Source: a bacterium (lineage in GTDB: Bacteria; J088; JAWLBW01). Taken from it: DNA of 64,000 nt. The stretch spans positions 1-64,000 of the forward strand of contig JAWLHK010000003.1 of the NCBI GenBank assembly GCA_041690355.1, given 5' to 3'. The translations under genes and the position numbers were made by a program. Shown here piece after piece: positions 29,346 through 38,910 of this stretch; the stretch's first letter is position 1, and each line of letters starts with the position of its first letter. The notes beneath the pieces were generated by a model that saw nothing but the letters and a program-made list of their open reading frames with translations, made no database searches and was not told the origin of the DNA.

Positions 29346-30245
29346 TTCCCCGTGCGTGCACAGCCCCCACGTCGCTCCGACCAGCGGGAGGAGCCTATCC
29401 TGGTTCGCATCGGTACCGAGCCCGCCAAGATTCAACCGATTGCGCTCGCAAAGCAGACCGTGCGGCCAGGGCTGCAGGAAGAGACAAGAGCCCACGGTGC
29501 CCTGGCGCCTCCAGCACAGCAGGCACGGATTGCCGTGCACCAGGATAGGCGTCTCCATTCGTCGACGCGACGTGCTGGACGGGAGCCCACGGGTCGTCCA
29601 CGAGAGAGAAGTGAGCCCACGGTGCCCTGGCGCCTCCAGCACAGCAGCCACGGATTGCCGTGCAACAGGATAGGCGTCTCCATTCGTCGACGCGACGTGC
29701 TGGACGGGAGCCCATGGGTCGTCCACGAGAGACAAGTGAGCCCACCCTGGTGCCTCCAGCACGGCAGCCACGGATTGCTGTGCACCAGGATAGGCGTCTC
29801 CATTCGTCGACGCGACGTGCTGGACGGGAGCCCATGGGTCGTCCACGAGAGAGAAGTGATCCCTCCGTCGCCCTGGCGCCTCCAGCACAGCAGCCACGGA
29901 TTGCCGTGCACCAGGATAGGCGTCTCCATTCGTCGACGCGACGTGCGGGACGGGAGCCCATGGGTCGTCAACTAACGGAGGCAAGCTCTCCGGCGCCCTG
30001 GCGCCTCCAGCACAGCAGCCACGGATTGCTGTCCAAAAGGATAGGCGTCTCCATTCGTCGACGCGACGTGCTGGACGGGAGCCCACGGGTCGTCCACGAG
30101 AGAAAAGTGAGCCCTCCGGCGCCCGGGTGCCTTCAGCACAGCAGCCACGGATTGCCGTGCACCAGGATAGGCGTCTCCATTCGTCGACGCAACGTGCTGG
30201 AAGTGAGCCCATGGGTCATGCACGGACGGATGCGAGCGCCCTGGC
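29346..30245. repeat. Right array of about 125-bp REP-like structured repeats (1 A unit and 6 B units)
   Basis: A core at 29368; B cores at 29541, 29666, 29786, 29912, 30037, 30163 (period 120-126). Confidence 0.95.
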
Positions 30246-30296
30246 ACCCCGGCTTTGGCAATTCCACGCCCGGTGCGGTAGCGTATAACATTCCCC

Positions 30297-31277
30297 ATGG
30301 CTACCGAAACACCCGTCACAACCAAGACCGTTCTGGTGACCGGGGCCGGCGGATACCTGGGCCGCCAGGTTGTCGCCGCCCTTGCTCCCCGTACCGAATT
30401 CCGCGTCATTGCCGCCGACGTGCGCGAGACGCCACCCGAGAACCGGCTCGCCGGCGTGACCTATGCCGTCAGCGACGTGCGCGATCCGAAGCTGGTCGAA
30501 CTGTTCCGCGCGCATGGCGTGCAAACCGTCGTCCACCTCGCCTCCATCGTGACGCCCGGTAAGAAGAGCGACCGCGCCTTCGAGTACAGCGTCGATGTCA
30601 ACGGCTCGCGCAACGTGCTCGATGCCTGTGTCCAAGCGGGCGTGAAGCATGTCATCGTTTCCTCGAGCGGCGCCGCCTACGGATACCACCCCGACAACCC
30701 GGACTGGCTCACCGAGGAAAAACCGATCCGCGGGAATTACGAATTCGCGTACTCCTATCACAAGCGACTCGTGGAAGAGATGCTCGCGGAATACCGGGAG
30801 AAACACCCGGAGCTGGCGCAGACGATCTTCCGCATCGGTACGATTCTCGGTGACACCGTTCGCAACCAGATCACCGACCTGTTCGAAAAGCCGCGCCTCA
30901 TCGGCGTGCGCGGCTCCGACAGCCCGTTCGTCTTCATCTGGGATCAGGATGCCGTCCGCATCGTCGCACAGGCGGTCGAAACGGGACGCAGCGGGATTTT
31001 CAATGTCGCCGGCGACGGAGCGCTCACCATCCACGACATCGCGAACCGCCTCGGCAAATCGGTTGTCCTGCTCCCCGCCGGCGTGGTCCAGGGCGCCTTA
31101 TGGATGCTGAAGAAGCTCGGCCTGACGCAATACGGACCCGAGCAGATCAACTTCCTGCGCTACCGCCCCGTGCTCGACAACCGCCGCCTGAAAGAAGAAT
31201 TCGGCTACGTTCCGCACAAGACCTCGGCCGAGGTCTTCGAGTACTGGCGCGAAGCACGCGCCCGGCAGCAGGCCTGA
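30297..31277 (+). CDS. NAD-dependent epimerase/dehydratase (extended SDR)
   Basis: VLVTGAGGYLG, VVHLA, SSGAAYG, YSYHK (YxxxK). Confidence 0.9.
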   Translation: MATETPVTTKTVLVTGAGGYLGRQVVAALAPRTEFRVIAADVRETPPENRLAGVTYAVSDVRDPKLVELFRAHGVQTVVHLASIVTPGKKSDRAFEYSVDVNGSRNVLDACVQAGVKHVIVSSSGAAYGYHPDNPDWLTEEKPIRGNYEFAYSYHKRLVEEMLAEYREKHPELAQTIFRIGTILGDTVRNQITDLFEKPRLIGVRGSDSPFVFIWDQDAVRIVAQAVETGRSGIFNVAGDGALTIHDIANRLGKSVVLLPAGVVQGALWMLKKLGLTQYGPEQINFLRYRPVLDNRRLKEEFGYVPHKTSAEVFEYWREARARQQA

Positions 31278-31279
31278 CC

Positions 31280-32080
31280 ATGGCGAATCGCGACTACAGC
31301 GGCAAGGTGGTCGTCGTCACCGGGGGCGCGGGCGGACTCGGACAGGCTCTCTGCCGCCGGTTCGCGGCCGCGGGCGCCAAGGTCGCCGCCGTTGATCGGA
31401 ACGAAGAAGCCGTACGCGCCTTCGCCGCCGCACTGGAAGCCGAAGGCTTTACCGCCATCGGCCTGGCATGCGACGTCACGGACTTTGCCTCGTGCACGGC
31501 CGCCGTCGAGGAAGTCGTCGGACGCTTCGGCGGCGTCGACGTGCTCATCAACAACGCGGGCATTTCGCACCGCAGCTACTTCCGCGAGACCGATCCGGCG
31601 GTCATCCGCCGCGTCATGGACGTCAATTTCTTCGGCGCCGTTCACGGTACGAAGGCCGCGCTCCCTTCCCTGCTCGAGCGAAAGGGACAGATTGTCGCCA
31701 TCTCGAGCATCGCCGGCTTCTCGCCCCTGCTCGAACGCACCGGCTACAGCGCCAGCAAGCACGCCCTGCACGGCTTCTTCGACAGCCTGCGCGCCGAAGT
31801 GGAGGACGACGGCGTCGACGTCATGCTCGTCTGTCCCGGATTCGTCGCCACGGGTATCGAGGCTTCTGCTTTGGGCGGCGACGGCGGCGCCGTGAAGGTT
31901 CCCCGCAAAACGGTGGGAGAAGAGATGACCCCCACCGCCATGGCCGACCTGATTTTCCAGTCCGCCGCGTCGCGGGCCACCCTTTGCCTTCCGACTGCCC
32001 TCCCCCGGCTGTCCTGGTGGGTAAGCCGCATTTTTCCGCGCTTCTTCGCGCGGATGATGCGCCGTCGCGTCGCCACCTGA
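31280..32080 (+). CDS. Classical short-chain dehydrogenase/reductase
   Basis: VVTGGAGGLG, INNAG, YSASKHALHGFFDSLR. Confidence 0.92.
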   Translation: MANRDYSGKVVVVTGGAGGLGQALCRRFAAAGAKVAAVDRNEEAVRAFAAALEAEGFTAIGLACDVTDFASCTAAVEEVVGRFGGVDVLINNAGISHRSYFRETDPAVIRRVMDVNFFGAVHGTKAALPSLLERKGQIVAISSIAGFSPLLERTGYSASKHALHGFFDSLRAEVEDDGVDVMLVCPGFVATGIEASALGGDGGAVKVPRKTVGEEMTPTAMADLIFQSAASRATLCLPTALPRLSWWVSRIFPRFFARMMRRRVAT

Positions 32081-32091
32081 GGAGTTTCGTC

Positions 32092-33873
32092 ATGCGATTC
32101 CAGATCCCCCTATTCCTCACCGCCCTCGCCCTTCATGGCTCCGCGCACGCCGCAACCGTGCAGGTTGTCCTGCCGGACGGAACCCCTGTTCCGACCGCGA
32201 TGGTGACCGAATCGCCCGCCCAGCCGGAACCGCGGGACACGTCCGATGGCGGCTATCAGGCGCATGGCGTTCCGCAATTCGTGGAGCCAGAGGCGACCGC
32301 CTTCACGTCCGCTGACGGCGTGGCCCGTTTTGCCGACCGCCCCGGTGCGCTACGCTATCGCGTGCGGAAACCGGGATACCGCGACGCCGTCACGGTGCCC
32401 ACGGCCGGAACGCGGCAGGTCACGGTGCGCCTGGAACCGGAAACCGATCCGTTCGCGCTCGCGGAATTGAAGCCCGCCAACATCTGGCTCGGCGCACTTG
32501 CTTTCGACACTCCCGACGACAAGAAGCATTTCCAGATGCAGTGCGGATTCTGTCATCAGTTCGGTACGGCGTTCATCCGCCGCGAACGAACGCCGGAGGA
32601 ATGGAGCGATGTCATCCGGCGTATGGTGCGCTATGGCTCGCGGCTCCCGACCGATCTCCAGAAGAAGATGCCGGAAAAATTGAGCGCCGAGTGGCGGCGT
32701 ATCCGCGAAGCCCCCGAAAGCCTGTCTGCGGCGCCCGACTATGCGCCGCAGCTGGCGGGAACGGCCATCACCGAGTGGCCCCTCGGCGACCAGATGTCGC
32801 AGATGCATGACATGCTGATTGCCCGTAACGGCCTGGTCTACGTCGCCGACAACATCCAGGATCGCCTGCACGAAATCGACCCGAAGACGAACCGGGTCAC
32901 GGTCTACAGGATCCCGCATCGCGAAGGGGACCGGAACGGCGGCCTCATCGCCGGGCGCCTCGGCGATTTTCCCCGGCACGACAGCACCTCGAATGCGCAC
33001 TCGCTGGCCGAGTCGCAACACGACGGCCACATCTTCATCACGCCCTCGGCGCAGCGCCGGCTGGTGGAATTCGACCCCGAAACGAAGGCCTTCACGCTGC
33101 ATGAGATGGACGCGGGCTTTTATCCGCACACGATCCGGGTCGACAGCCGCGACCGCGTCTGGTTCACGCTTGCCCTCTCGAACCAGGTCGCCATGTTCGA
33201 TCGCGGCACGGGCAAGTTCACGCTCTACGATCTGCCGGCCCGCAGCTTCAAGGAGAAGGTGCTGACGGCGTACATGCACATCGTCTTCCGCCTGATCAAC
33301 TGGGGGATTCCGCTTCCGAACTGGCTCGCCATCGACTGGCAGAGTACGGGCACCCCCCTGCCCTACGGCATTGACATCGGCCGCGACGACACCGTCTGGT
33401 TCAGCCGGCTGCACACGCAGGAGATCGGCCGCATCCGTCCGGAGACCGGCGAAATCACGATGATCCCCACGCCGTTCGTCGGGCCCCGCCGCCTGCGCGT
33501 CGACGCCAAGGGGAACCCGTGGATTACGGCGTTCGCCGAGTCGGCCATCGCGAAGTACGATGTCGATGCGGAATCGTTCACCGTTTATCCGCTTCCCGTC
33601 ACGCCGGCGGGAAGCGAAACCCCCTATGCGCTCAACGTGGATAAGCGCCGCCACATCGTGTGGGTGAACGGCAATCAGTCCGACGCCCTGTACGGATTCG
33701 ACATCACGCGCGAAACCTGGACGGCTGTCCCCCTGCCGCGGCGGACCACGTTCACCCGCGACGTGGAAGTCGACGAGGACGGTACGCTGTATACCTCGAA
33801 CTCCAACTTCCCCAGCTGGCACATCGAAGACGGCCAGCCGACCCTCATCCGCATCGTGCGAACCACCCCATGA
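32092..33873 (+). CDS. Exported protein: beta-sandwich N-domain, one CxxCH, Vgb-lyase-like beta-propeller
   Basis: Signal peptide, CGFCH, repeated [P/H]..I.VD...VW[F/I] blades. Confidence 0.78.
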   Translation: MRFQIPLFLTALALHGSAHAATVQVVLPDGTPVPTAMVTESPAQPEPRDTSDGGYQAHGVPQFVEPEATAFTSADGVARFADRPGALRYRVRKPGYRDAVTVPTAGTRQVTVRLEPETDPFALAELKPANIWLGALAFDTPDDKKHFQMQCGFCHQFGTAFIRRERTPEEWSDVIRRMVRYGSRLPTDLQKKMPEKLSAEWRRIREAPESLSAAPDYAPQLAGTAITEWPLGDQMSQMHDMLIARNGLVYVADNIQDRLHEIDPKTNRVTVYRIPHREGDRNGGLIAGRLGDFPRHDSTSNAHSLAESQHDGHIFITPSAQRRLVEFDPETKAFTLHEMDAGFYPHTIRVDSRDRVWFTLALSNQVAMFDRGTGKFTLYDLPARSFKEKVLTAYMHIVFRLINWGIPLPNWLAIDWQSTGTPLPYGIDIGRDDTVWFSRLHTQEIGRIRPETGEITMIPTPFVGPRRLRVDAKGNPWITAFAESAIAKYDVDAESFTVYPLPVTPAGSETPYALNVDKRRHIVWVNGNQSDALYGFDITRETWTAVPLPRRTTFTRDVEVDEDGTLYTSNSNFPSWHIEDGQPTLIRIVRTTP

Positions 33874-35105
33874 TTCGACGTTACTGGTCCTTTTTTCTCT
33901 CGTGCCTGTTCGCCTTCACCGGCGGGCACATCGTCAACTACTCCGTCATCATCTACTCGCAGGAGGTCCTGAAATCCGACCTCCTGGCCGGCATCGGCTT
34001 CGCGCTCTGCTTCGGTCCGCCGCTCGTGCTCGGCTGGTACGCGGGGGTTCTATGCGACCGGAAGTCGTCGGTGCACATCATTCACGGGGCGCAGGCGATG
34101 TTCATCCTCGCCGCCGGCGTTCTGCTGCTCGGACATCTGACCGTTCCGGAAGCCGCTTCGCGCGCGCCGTTCGTCCTCACCGCGGCCGGCCTGGCGGGAG
34201 TCGGCTGGTCGTTCGTCTCGCCGGCGCGCATGACCGTGCTCGGCCAGATCGTAAGCCCCGCGGAACTCAAGCCGGCCTCGCTCGTCTTCAATCTGCTCGT
34301 CATGCTCGGCTTCGGCCTGGGTCCGCTTTCCATCTCGGCCGCACGCCAGCTGAGCGGCTGGCCCCTCGCGTTCGTCGCCGCCGCCACCTTGTTCGCCACC
34401 GCCTCGCTGCTCGTGCTGGGCATGAACGTACGCCCCACCCTCCGGCCGCGGAAACCCGTGCTGGCCGAGGTCGCCGAGGGGCTGCGAGCGGCAGGCGGCA
34501 GCCCGCTGATTACCCAGTTACTGCTGTCGGCCATCGTCGGCTACATGCTGATGGGTCCGATGCAGGTCCTGCTCCCGCGGCTCGCCCGGTTCGAGCTGGG
34601 GCTTTCGGAGATGGAACGCGGCGCGTTTCTGGGCGCCCTCGCCCCCTCGCTCATCGTGGGCGGCGTGCTCTGCATCGCCATCGCCGCGCGCTTGCATAAC
34701 GGACGGACGATCTTTCTCGCAACGGGAATCGCAGGCGTTCTTTTCGCGGTCCTCGGTTCCATGCAGAGCGCCCTGCCCGCCGTCGCCCTGCTCGCCGCCA
34801 TCGGCATCATCGGCGGCATTGCCATCGGGCTCATCGTCGCAGGCATCCAGGCGAACGTCGAAGAGGCCGTGCGCGGCCGGGTGCTCGCCATGTACACGAT
34901 CATCTCGCAGGTCATGCCGGCGACTTCCGGACTCCTGGCCGGAGTGCTCATGCACGCCATGGATGTGCGGCGCGCCGCCTGGGCCTGCGGGGCCATTCTG
35001 GCGACCGCCGCCCTGATCAACGCCGCGTGGATGCGAACCCTGCGCGGATACAGCGGCCGGGAAGCCGAACCGCCGGTTGCCGAGCTCGAGGGGAATAGAG
35101 GATAA
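33870..35105 (+). CDS. MFS transporter
   Basis: About 12 hydrophobic segments, GVLCDR motif, EAVRGRV in the C-half; ATGA overlap with the upstream gene. Confidence 0.88.
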   Translation: MIRRYWSFFLSCLFAFTGGHIVNYSVIIYSQEVLKSDLLAGIGFALCFGPPLVLGWYAGVLCDRKSSVHIIHGAQAMFILAAGVLLLGHLTVPEAASRAPFVLTAAGLAGVGWSFVSPARMTVLGQIVSPAELKPASLVFNLLVMLGFGLGPLSISAARQLSGWPLAFVAAATLFATASLLVLGMNVRPTLRPRKPVLAEVAEGLRAAGGSPLITQLLLSAIVGYMLMGPMQVLLPRLARFELGLSEMERGAFLGALAPSLIVGGVLCIAIAARLHNGRTIFLATGIAGVLFAVLGSMQSALPAVALLAAIGIIGGIAIGLIVAGIQANVEEAVRGRVLAMYTIISQVMPATSGLLAGVLMHAMDVRRAAWACGAILATAALINAAWMRTLRGYSGREAEPPVAELEGNRG

Positions 35106-35113
35106 TTGGCGCC

Positions 35114-36067
35114 ATGACTCCAGACATCGACCAGCTTCGACTGAACTTCAGCCCCGAGGGGCTCTTTGCCCTCAACATCGTGCTCGCGCTCATCATGTTC
35201 GGCATCGCGCTGGACATCCGACCGCGCGACTTCGTGAATATCGCACGATCGCCGAAGGGACCGCTCGTGGCGGTGGGCACGCAGATTCTCATCGTGCCGG
35301 CCATCGCCTTCCTGCTGACGCTGGTCATCGATCCGGTGCCGAGCATCGCGCTGGGGATGATTCTGGTCGCCGCGTGCCCAAGCGGCAACATGTCGAACTT
35401 TCTCGCCCACTTCGCGAAGTCGAACGTGCCGCTCTCCATCAGCGCGACGGCCCTGTCGACGGCCCTGGCCATCCTCGTCACGCCGCTCAACCTGACGCTC
35501 TGGGCGTCGCTCAACCCGAAGACCGCGCCGCTCCTGCGCACCGTGAGTCTCGATCCGGTGGACATGTTCGTGACCATCGGCCTCATCCTCGCGCTGCCTC
35601 TCGTGGCAGGCATGCTCGTCGCGGCCCGCAAGCCCGCCTGGGCCGACCGGCTGCGCAAACCGATGCAGAAATTGAGCCTCGTGTTCTTCGCGCTCTTCGT
35701 CGCGGCCGCCCTGCAGGCGAACTTCCGCCACTTTCTCGACTACATCGGTTTCGCCCTGGTCGCCGTCTTCATCGAGAACACGGCGGCGTTCGCGGCGGGC
35801 TATTTCGCCGCCCGCGCCGTGCGCCTCAGCAAGTACGACGCCCGCGCCGTCTCCATCGAGACCGGCATCCACAACTCCGGTCTCGGGCTCGTGCTCGTCT
35901 TCAATTTCTTCGAGGGGAACGGCGGCATGGCCATCGTCGCCGCCTGGTGGGGCATCTGGCACATCATCGCCGGGCTCGCGCTGGGCTGGTACTGGTCGAA
36001 GCGCCCGCTCACGGCCGCCGAAGGCGCACCGCAGGAAGCGGCGGAATTGCAGGTCACCACCGTCTGA
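35114..36067 (+). CDS. Bile acid:sodium symporter (BASS) family transporter
   Basis: LVAACPSGNMSN, SIETGIHNSGLG. Confidence 0.92.
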   Translation: MTPDIDQLRLNFSPEGLFALNIVLALIMFGIALDIRPRDFVNIARSPKGPLVAVGTQILIVPAIAFLLTLVIDPVPSIALGMILVAACPSGNMSNFLAHFAKSNVPLSISATALSTALAILVTPLNLTLWASLNPKTAPLLRTVSLDPVDMFVTIGLILALPLVAGMLVAARKPAWADRLRKPMQKLSLVFFALFVAAALQANFRHFLDYIGFALVAVFIENTAAFAAGYFAARAVRLSKYDARAVSIETGIHNSGLGLVLVFNFFEGNGGMAIVAAWWGIWHIIAGLALGWYWSKRPLTAAEGAPQEAAELQVTTV

Positions 36068-36147
36068 GGCTGCACCAGATGACTTGCGGAACAGAAGTCC
36101 TTGCTTCCTCTCCCCCGTCCGCCCAGTCTCCCCAGTCGGCGAGACAA

Positions 36148-38766
36148 CTACTCGAGCATCTTCTTGAGTTCTGCCAGCTTGTTCAGCGCTTCGATGGGCG
36201 TCAGCTGATTCACGTCGAGCGCGGCCAGGCGTTCTTCGACCACGGATGGAACTGACGCAGGCGGGGCTGGAGGCGCAAACAACCCCAGCTGCGCCGAGGG
36301 GACGGGCGGATTCTTGCGCGAGCGAGCCAGCTTGGGGAGCCCCACTTCATTCAGCTCGTCGCGCTCGAGGTTCGTCAGCACTTCGCGGGCGCGCTCGACG
36401 ACTTCTCCGGGAAGGCCTGCCAGACGGCCGCATTGGATCCCGTAGCTGTGGCTGGCGGCGCCGTCAATGATCCGACGGAGGAAAATGACTTCGTCATTCC
36501 ACTCGCGCACCTCGACGGTCGCGTTGTGCACGCGCGGCTTCGTGAGCGGAAGATCCGCCAGTTCGTGGTAGTGCGTCGCGAAAAGCGTGCGCGCCCCGAG
36601 GCGGTCATGGATGTACTCCGCCACCGCCCACGCGATACTGATACCGTCGAACGTGCTCGTGCCGCGGCCGATTTCATCCAGCACGATCAGACTGCGGCTC
36701 GTCGCCGTGCGCAGGATGTGGCTCGTCTCGGTCATCTCGACCATGAACGTGCTCTGCCCGGCCATCAGGTTGTCGCTGGCGCCGACGCGGGTGAACAGGC
36801 GGTCGACAATGCCGATCTCAGCCTCGTCGGCGGGCACGAAGCTGCCGATCTGCGCCATGATGACGAGCAGGGCCGCCGTGCGCATGTAGGTGGATTTACC
36901 CGCCATGTTCGGCCCCGTAATCAGCAGCAGCTGCCGGTCGTCGGCGTCGAGCAGCACGTCGTTGGGCACGAAGCGTTCGCGTGAGTTCCGCTCGACCACC
37001 GGGTGGCGGGCCTGCTTGACCCGCATGACCGGCGTGTCGACCATGCGCGGGCGCACGTAGCGCCCTTCTTCGGCCACCTGGGCCAGCGAGGCGAGCGCAT
37101 CGAGGGTCGCAATGCTGGCGGCGGTGCGCTCGAGCCGCTCGCTCTGCACGGCCGCGTGGGCGCGCAGGTCGAGAAACACCTGATACTCGAGCTCGCACTG
37201 GCGCTCTTCGGCGTGCAGAACCTTCTGCTCCCACTCCTTCAGCGCCGGCGTGATGTAGCGTTCGGCATTGGTGAGCGTCTGCTTGCGGATGTAGTCGTCG
37301 GGAACGAGATGCTTGTTGGTGTTCGTGATCTCGAGGTAGTAGCCGAAGACCTTGTTGTAGCCGACTTTCAGGGAGGTGATGCCCGTGCGCGACTTCTCTT
37401 CGGCCTCCATCTTCGCGATGGCCCCCTTGCCGTCGCGCGACAGGATGCGCAGTTCGTCGAGATCGGGGCGGAATCCGTCGCGCACGATCCCCCCCTCGCG
37501 CTGCGTGAGCGGGGGCGAATCCACAAGCGCCTGACGGAACACGGTCAGTACGTCGTCGAGCAGGTCGAGCCGTTCTGCCAGCGCGCGCAGCAGCGGACTC
37601 TCGAAGCGGTGCAGCCGTTCGCGCACGCCGGGGAGCACGGCCAGCCCGTCACGCAGCAGCGCCAGGTCGCGCGGCGTGGCGTTGCCCATGACGATGCGCC
37701 CGTTCATCCGCTCCAGATCGGGAACCGCCTTGAGGGCGGCGCGCAGCTCGTCCCGGTCGAATCCCTTGGTCCGCAGCTCGTCGACGGCCGACAGCCGCGC
37801 TTCGACGGATTCGCGGTCGATGAGCGGATAATCGAGCCACATGCGGATGCGCCGGCTGCCCATGGCCGTCTGGGTGCGATCGAGTACGTCGAAGAGCGAG
37901 CCGGCGCGCTTGCCGTCCTGCAGGTTCCGCAGAATCTCCAGATTCCGCTTCGTGCTCGGATCGATGAGCAGGGCGTCGTCGAGCGCATAGAAGTCGACGC
38001 GGCGCAGGTGCGGCATGCGCACCCCGCGCTGGGTCTCTTCCAGGTACGCGAGCACCGTCTGGGCCGCTTCGCGCGCGCCGGCCGCCGCCGGGGGCAGGTG
38101 CACCTCGGCGTTCTCCCCGCCGTGCCGGGCCAGCGCCTGCTCGAGCGGCTCCGTGACGGGAAGCACGATGCGCAGCGTCAGCTTGGGCATCCAGCGGCGC
38201 ACGGCGTCGGCCAGGAGCTTGTCGCGCGGCTTATCGCCCGCGCCGGGAACGACGATTTCGGCCGGGTCGATGCGCAGCAGCTCCTCACGCAGGGCGTCTT
38301 CGGTCTCCAGCTCGGTCGCGCGGAATTCGCCGGTGGAAAAATCGACGGCCGAGAGGCCATAGCGCCCGTCACCACTCGTCACGCCGACGAGCAGGGCCCG
38401 GTCGCGCAGCGCAAGAAGATCCTCGTCGATCGTGACGCCGGGGGTAATCACCCGGGTCACCTCGCGCTTGACGAGCCCCTTGGCGAGCTTCGGATCTTCG
38501 ACCTGATCGCAGATGGCGACCTTGAACCCCTTGGCGACGAGGCGCGAAATGTAGGAGGAAGCGGAGTGGTGAGGAACGCCGGCCAGGGCGGTCTGCCCCT
38601 TGTCGCGCGACGTCAGCGTGATCTCGAGCTCTTTGCTCGCCTGCACCGCATCGTCGCCGAACATCTCGAAGAAGTCGCCGACCCGGTAGAAGAGAATGGC
38701 GTCGGGAAACTGCCGCTTCACCTCGGCGTAATGCTGCATCATCGGGGTATCGGCGGTCTTCGACAT
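36148..38766 (-). CDS. mutS: DNA mismatch repair protein MutS
   Basis: TPMMQHY, RVGDFFEMF, ITGPNMAGKSTYMR, DEIGRGTSTFDG, ATHYHEL. Confidence 0.98.
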   Translation of the reverse strand: MSKTADTPMMQHYAEVKRQFPDAILFYRVGDFFEMFGDDAVQASKELEITLTSRDKGQTALAGVPHHSASSYISRLVAKGFKVAICDQVEDPKLAKGLVKREVTRVITPGVTIDEDLLALRDRALLVGVTSGDGRYGLSAVDFSTGEFRATELETEDALREELLRIDPAEIVVPGAGDKPRDKLLADAVRRWMPKLTLRIVLPVTEPLEQALARHGGENAEVHLPPAAAGAREAAQTVLAYLEETQRGVRMPHLRRVDFYALDDALLIDPSTKRNLEILRNLQDGKRAGSLFDVLDRTQTAMGSRRIRMWLDYPLIDRESVEARLSAVDELRTKGFDRDELRAALKAVPDLERMNGRIVMGNATPRDLALLRDGLAVLPGVRERLHRFESPLLRALAERLDLLDDVLTVFRQALVDSPPLTQREGGIVRDGFRPDLDELRILSRDGKGAIAKMEAEEKSRTGITSLKVGYNKVFGYYLEITNTNKHLVPDDYIRKQTLTNAERYITPALKEWEQKVLHAEERQCELEYQVFLDLRAHAAVQSERLERTAASIATLDALASLAQVAEEGRYVRPRMVDTPVMRVKQARHPVVERNSRERFVPNDVLLDADDRQLLLITGPNMAGKSTYMRTAALLVIMAQIGSFVPADEAEIGIVDRLFTRVGASDNLMAGQSTFMVEMTETSHILRTATSRSLIVLDEIGRGTSTFDGISIAWAVAEYIHDRLGARTLFATHYHELADLPLTKPRVHNATVEVREWNDEVIFLRRIIDGAASHSYGIQCGRLAGLPGEVVERAREVLTNLERDELNEVGLPKLARSRKNPPVPSAQLGLFAPPAPPASVPSVVEERLAALDVNQLTPIEALNKLAELKKMLE

Positions 38767-38910
38767 GGCGCTTCTCAAAGGGACGATCTTAACAGATTCG
38801 GGGCCTCACCGAAATGATAGCCATGATGGTGGAATCGAGGAGCCCATGCCCAGAAACGCCGCGCACTGCTCTGCCATCTGCAAATTGTCATCTGCAATCG
38901 GCGCAGCGCG

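Noticed and set aside
27879-30245. CRISPR array
   Set aside because: The constant part is about 95-100 bp, the linkers are variants of one another rather than unique spacers, and there are no cas genes
27888-30562. Long ORFs through the repeat array, including a 403-aa N-terminal extension of the GIY-YIG
   Set aside because: The period (mostly 125 bp) is not a multiple of 3, so all frames cycle through the same peptides. A promoter-like sequence sits just upstream of ATG 29282.
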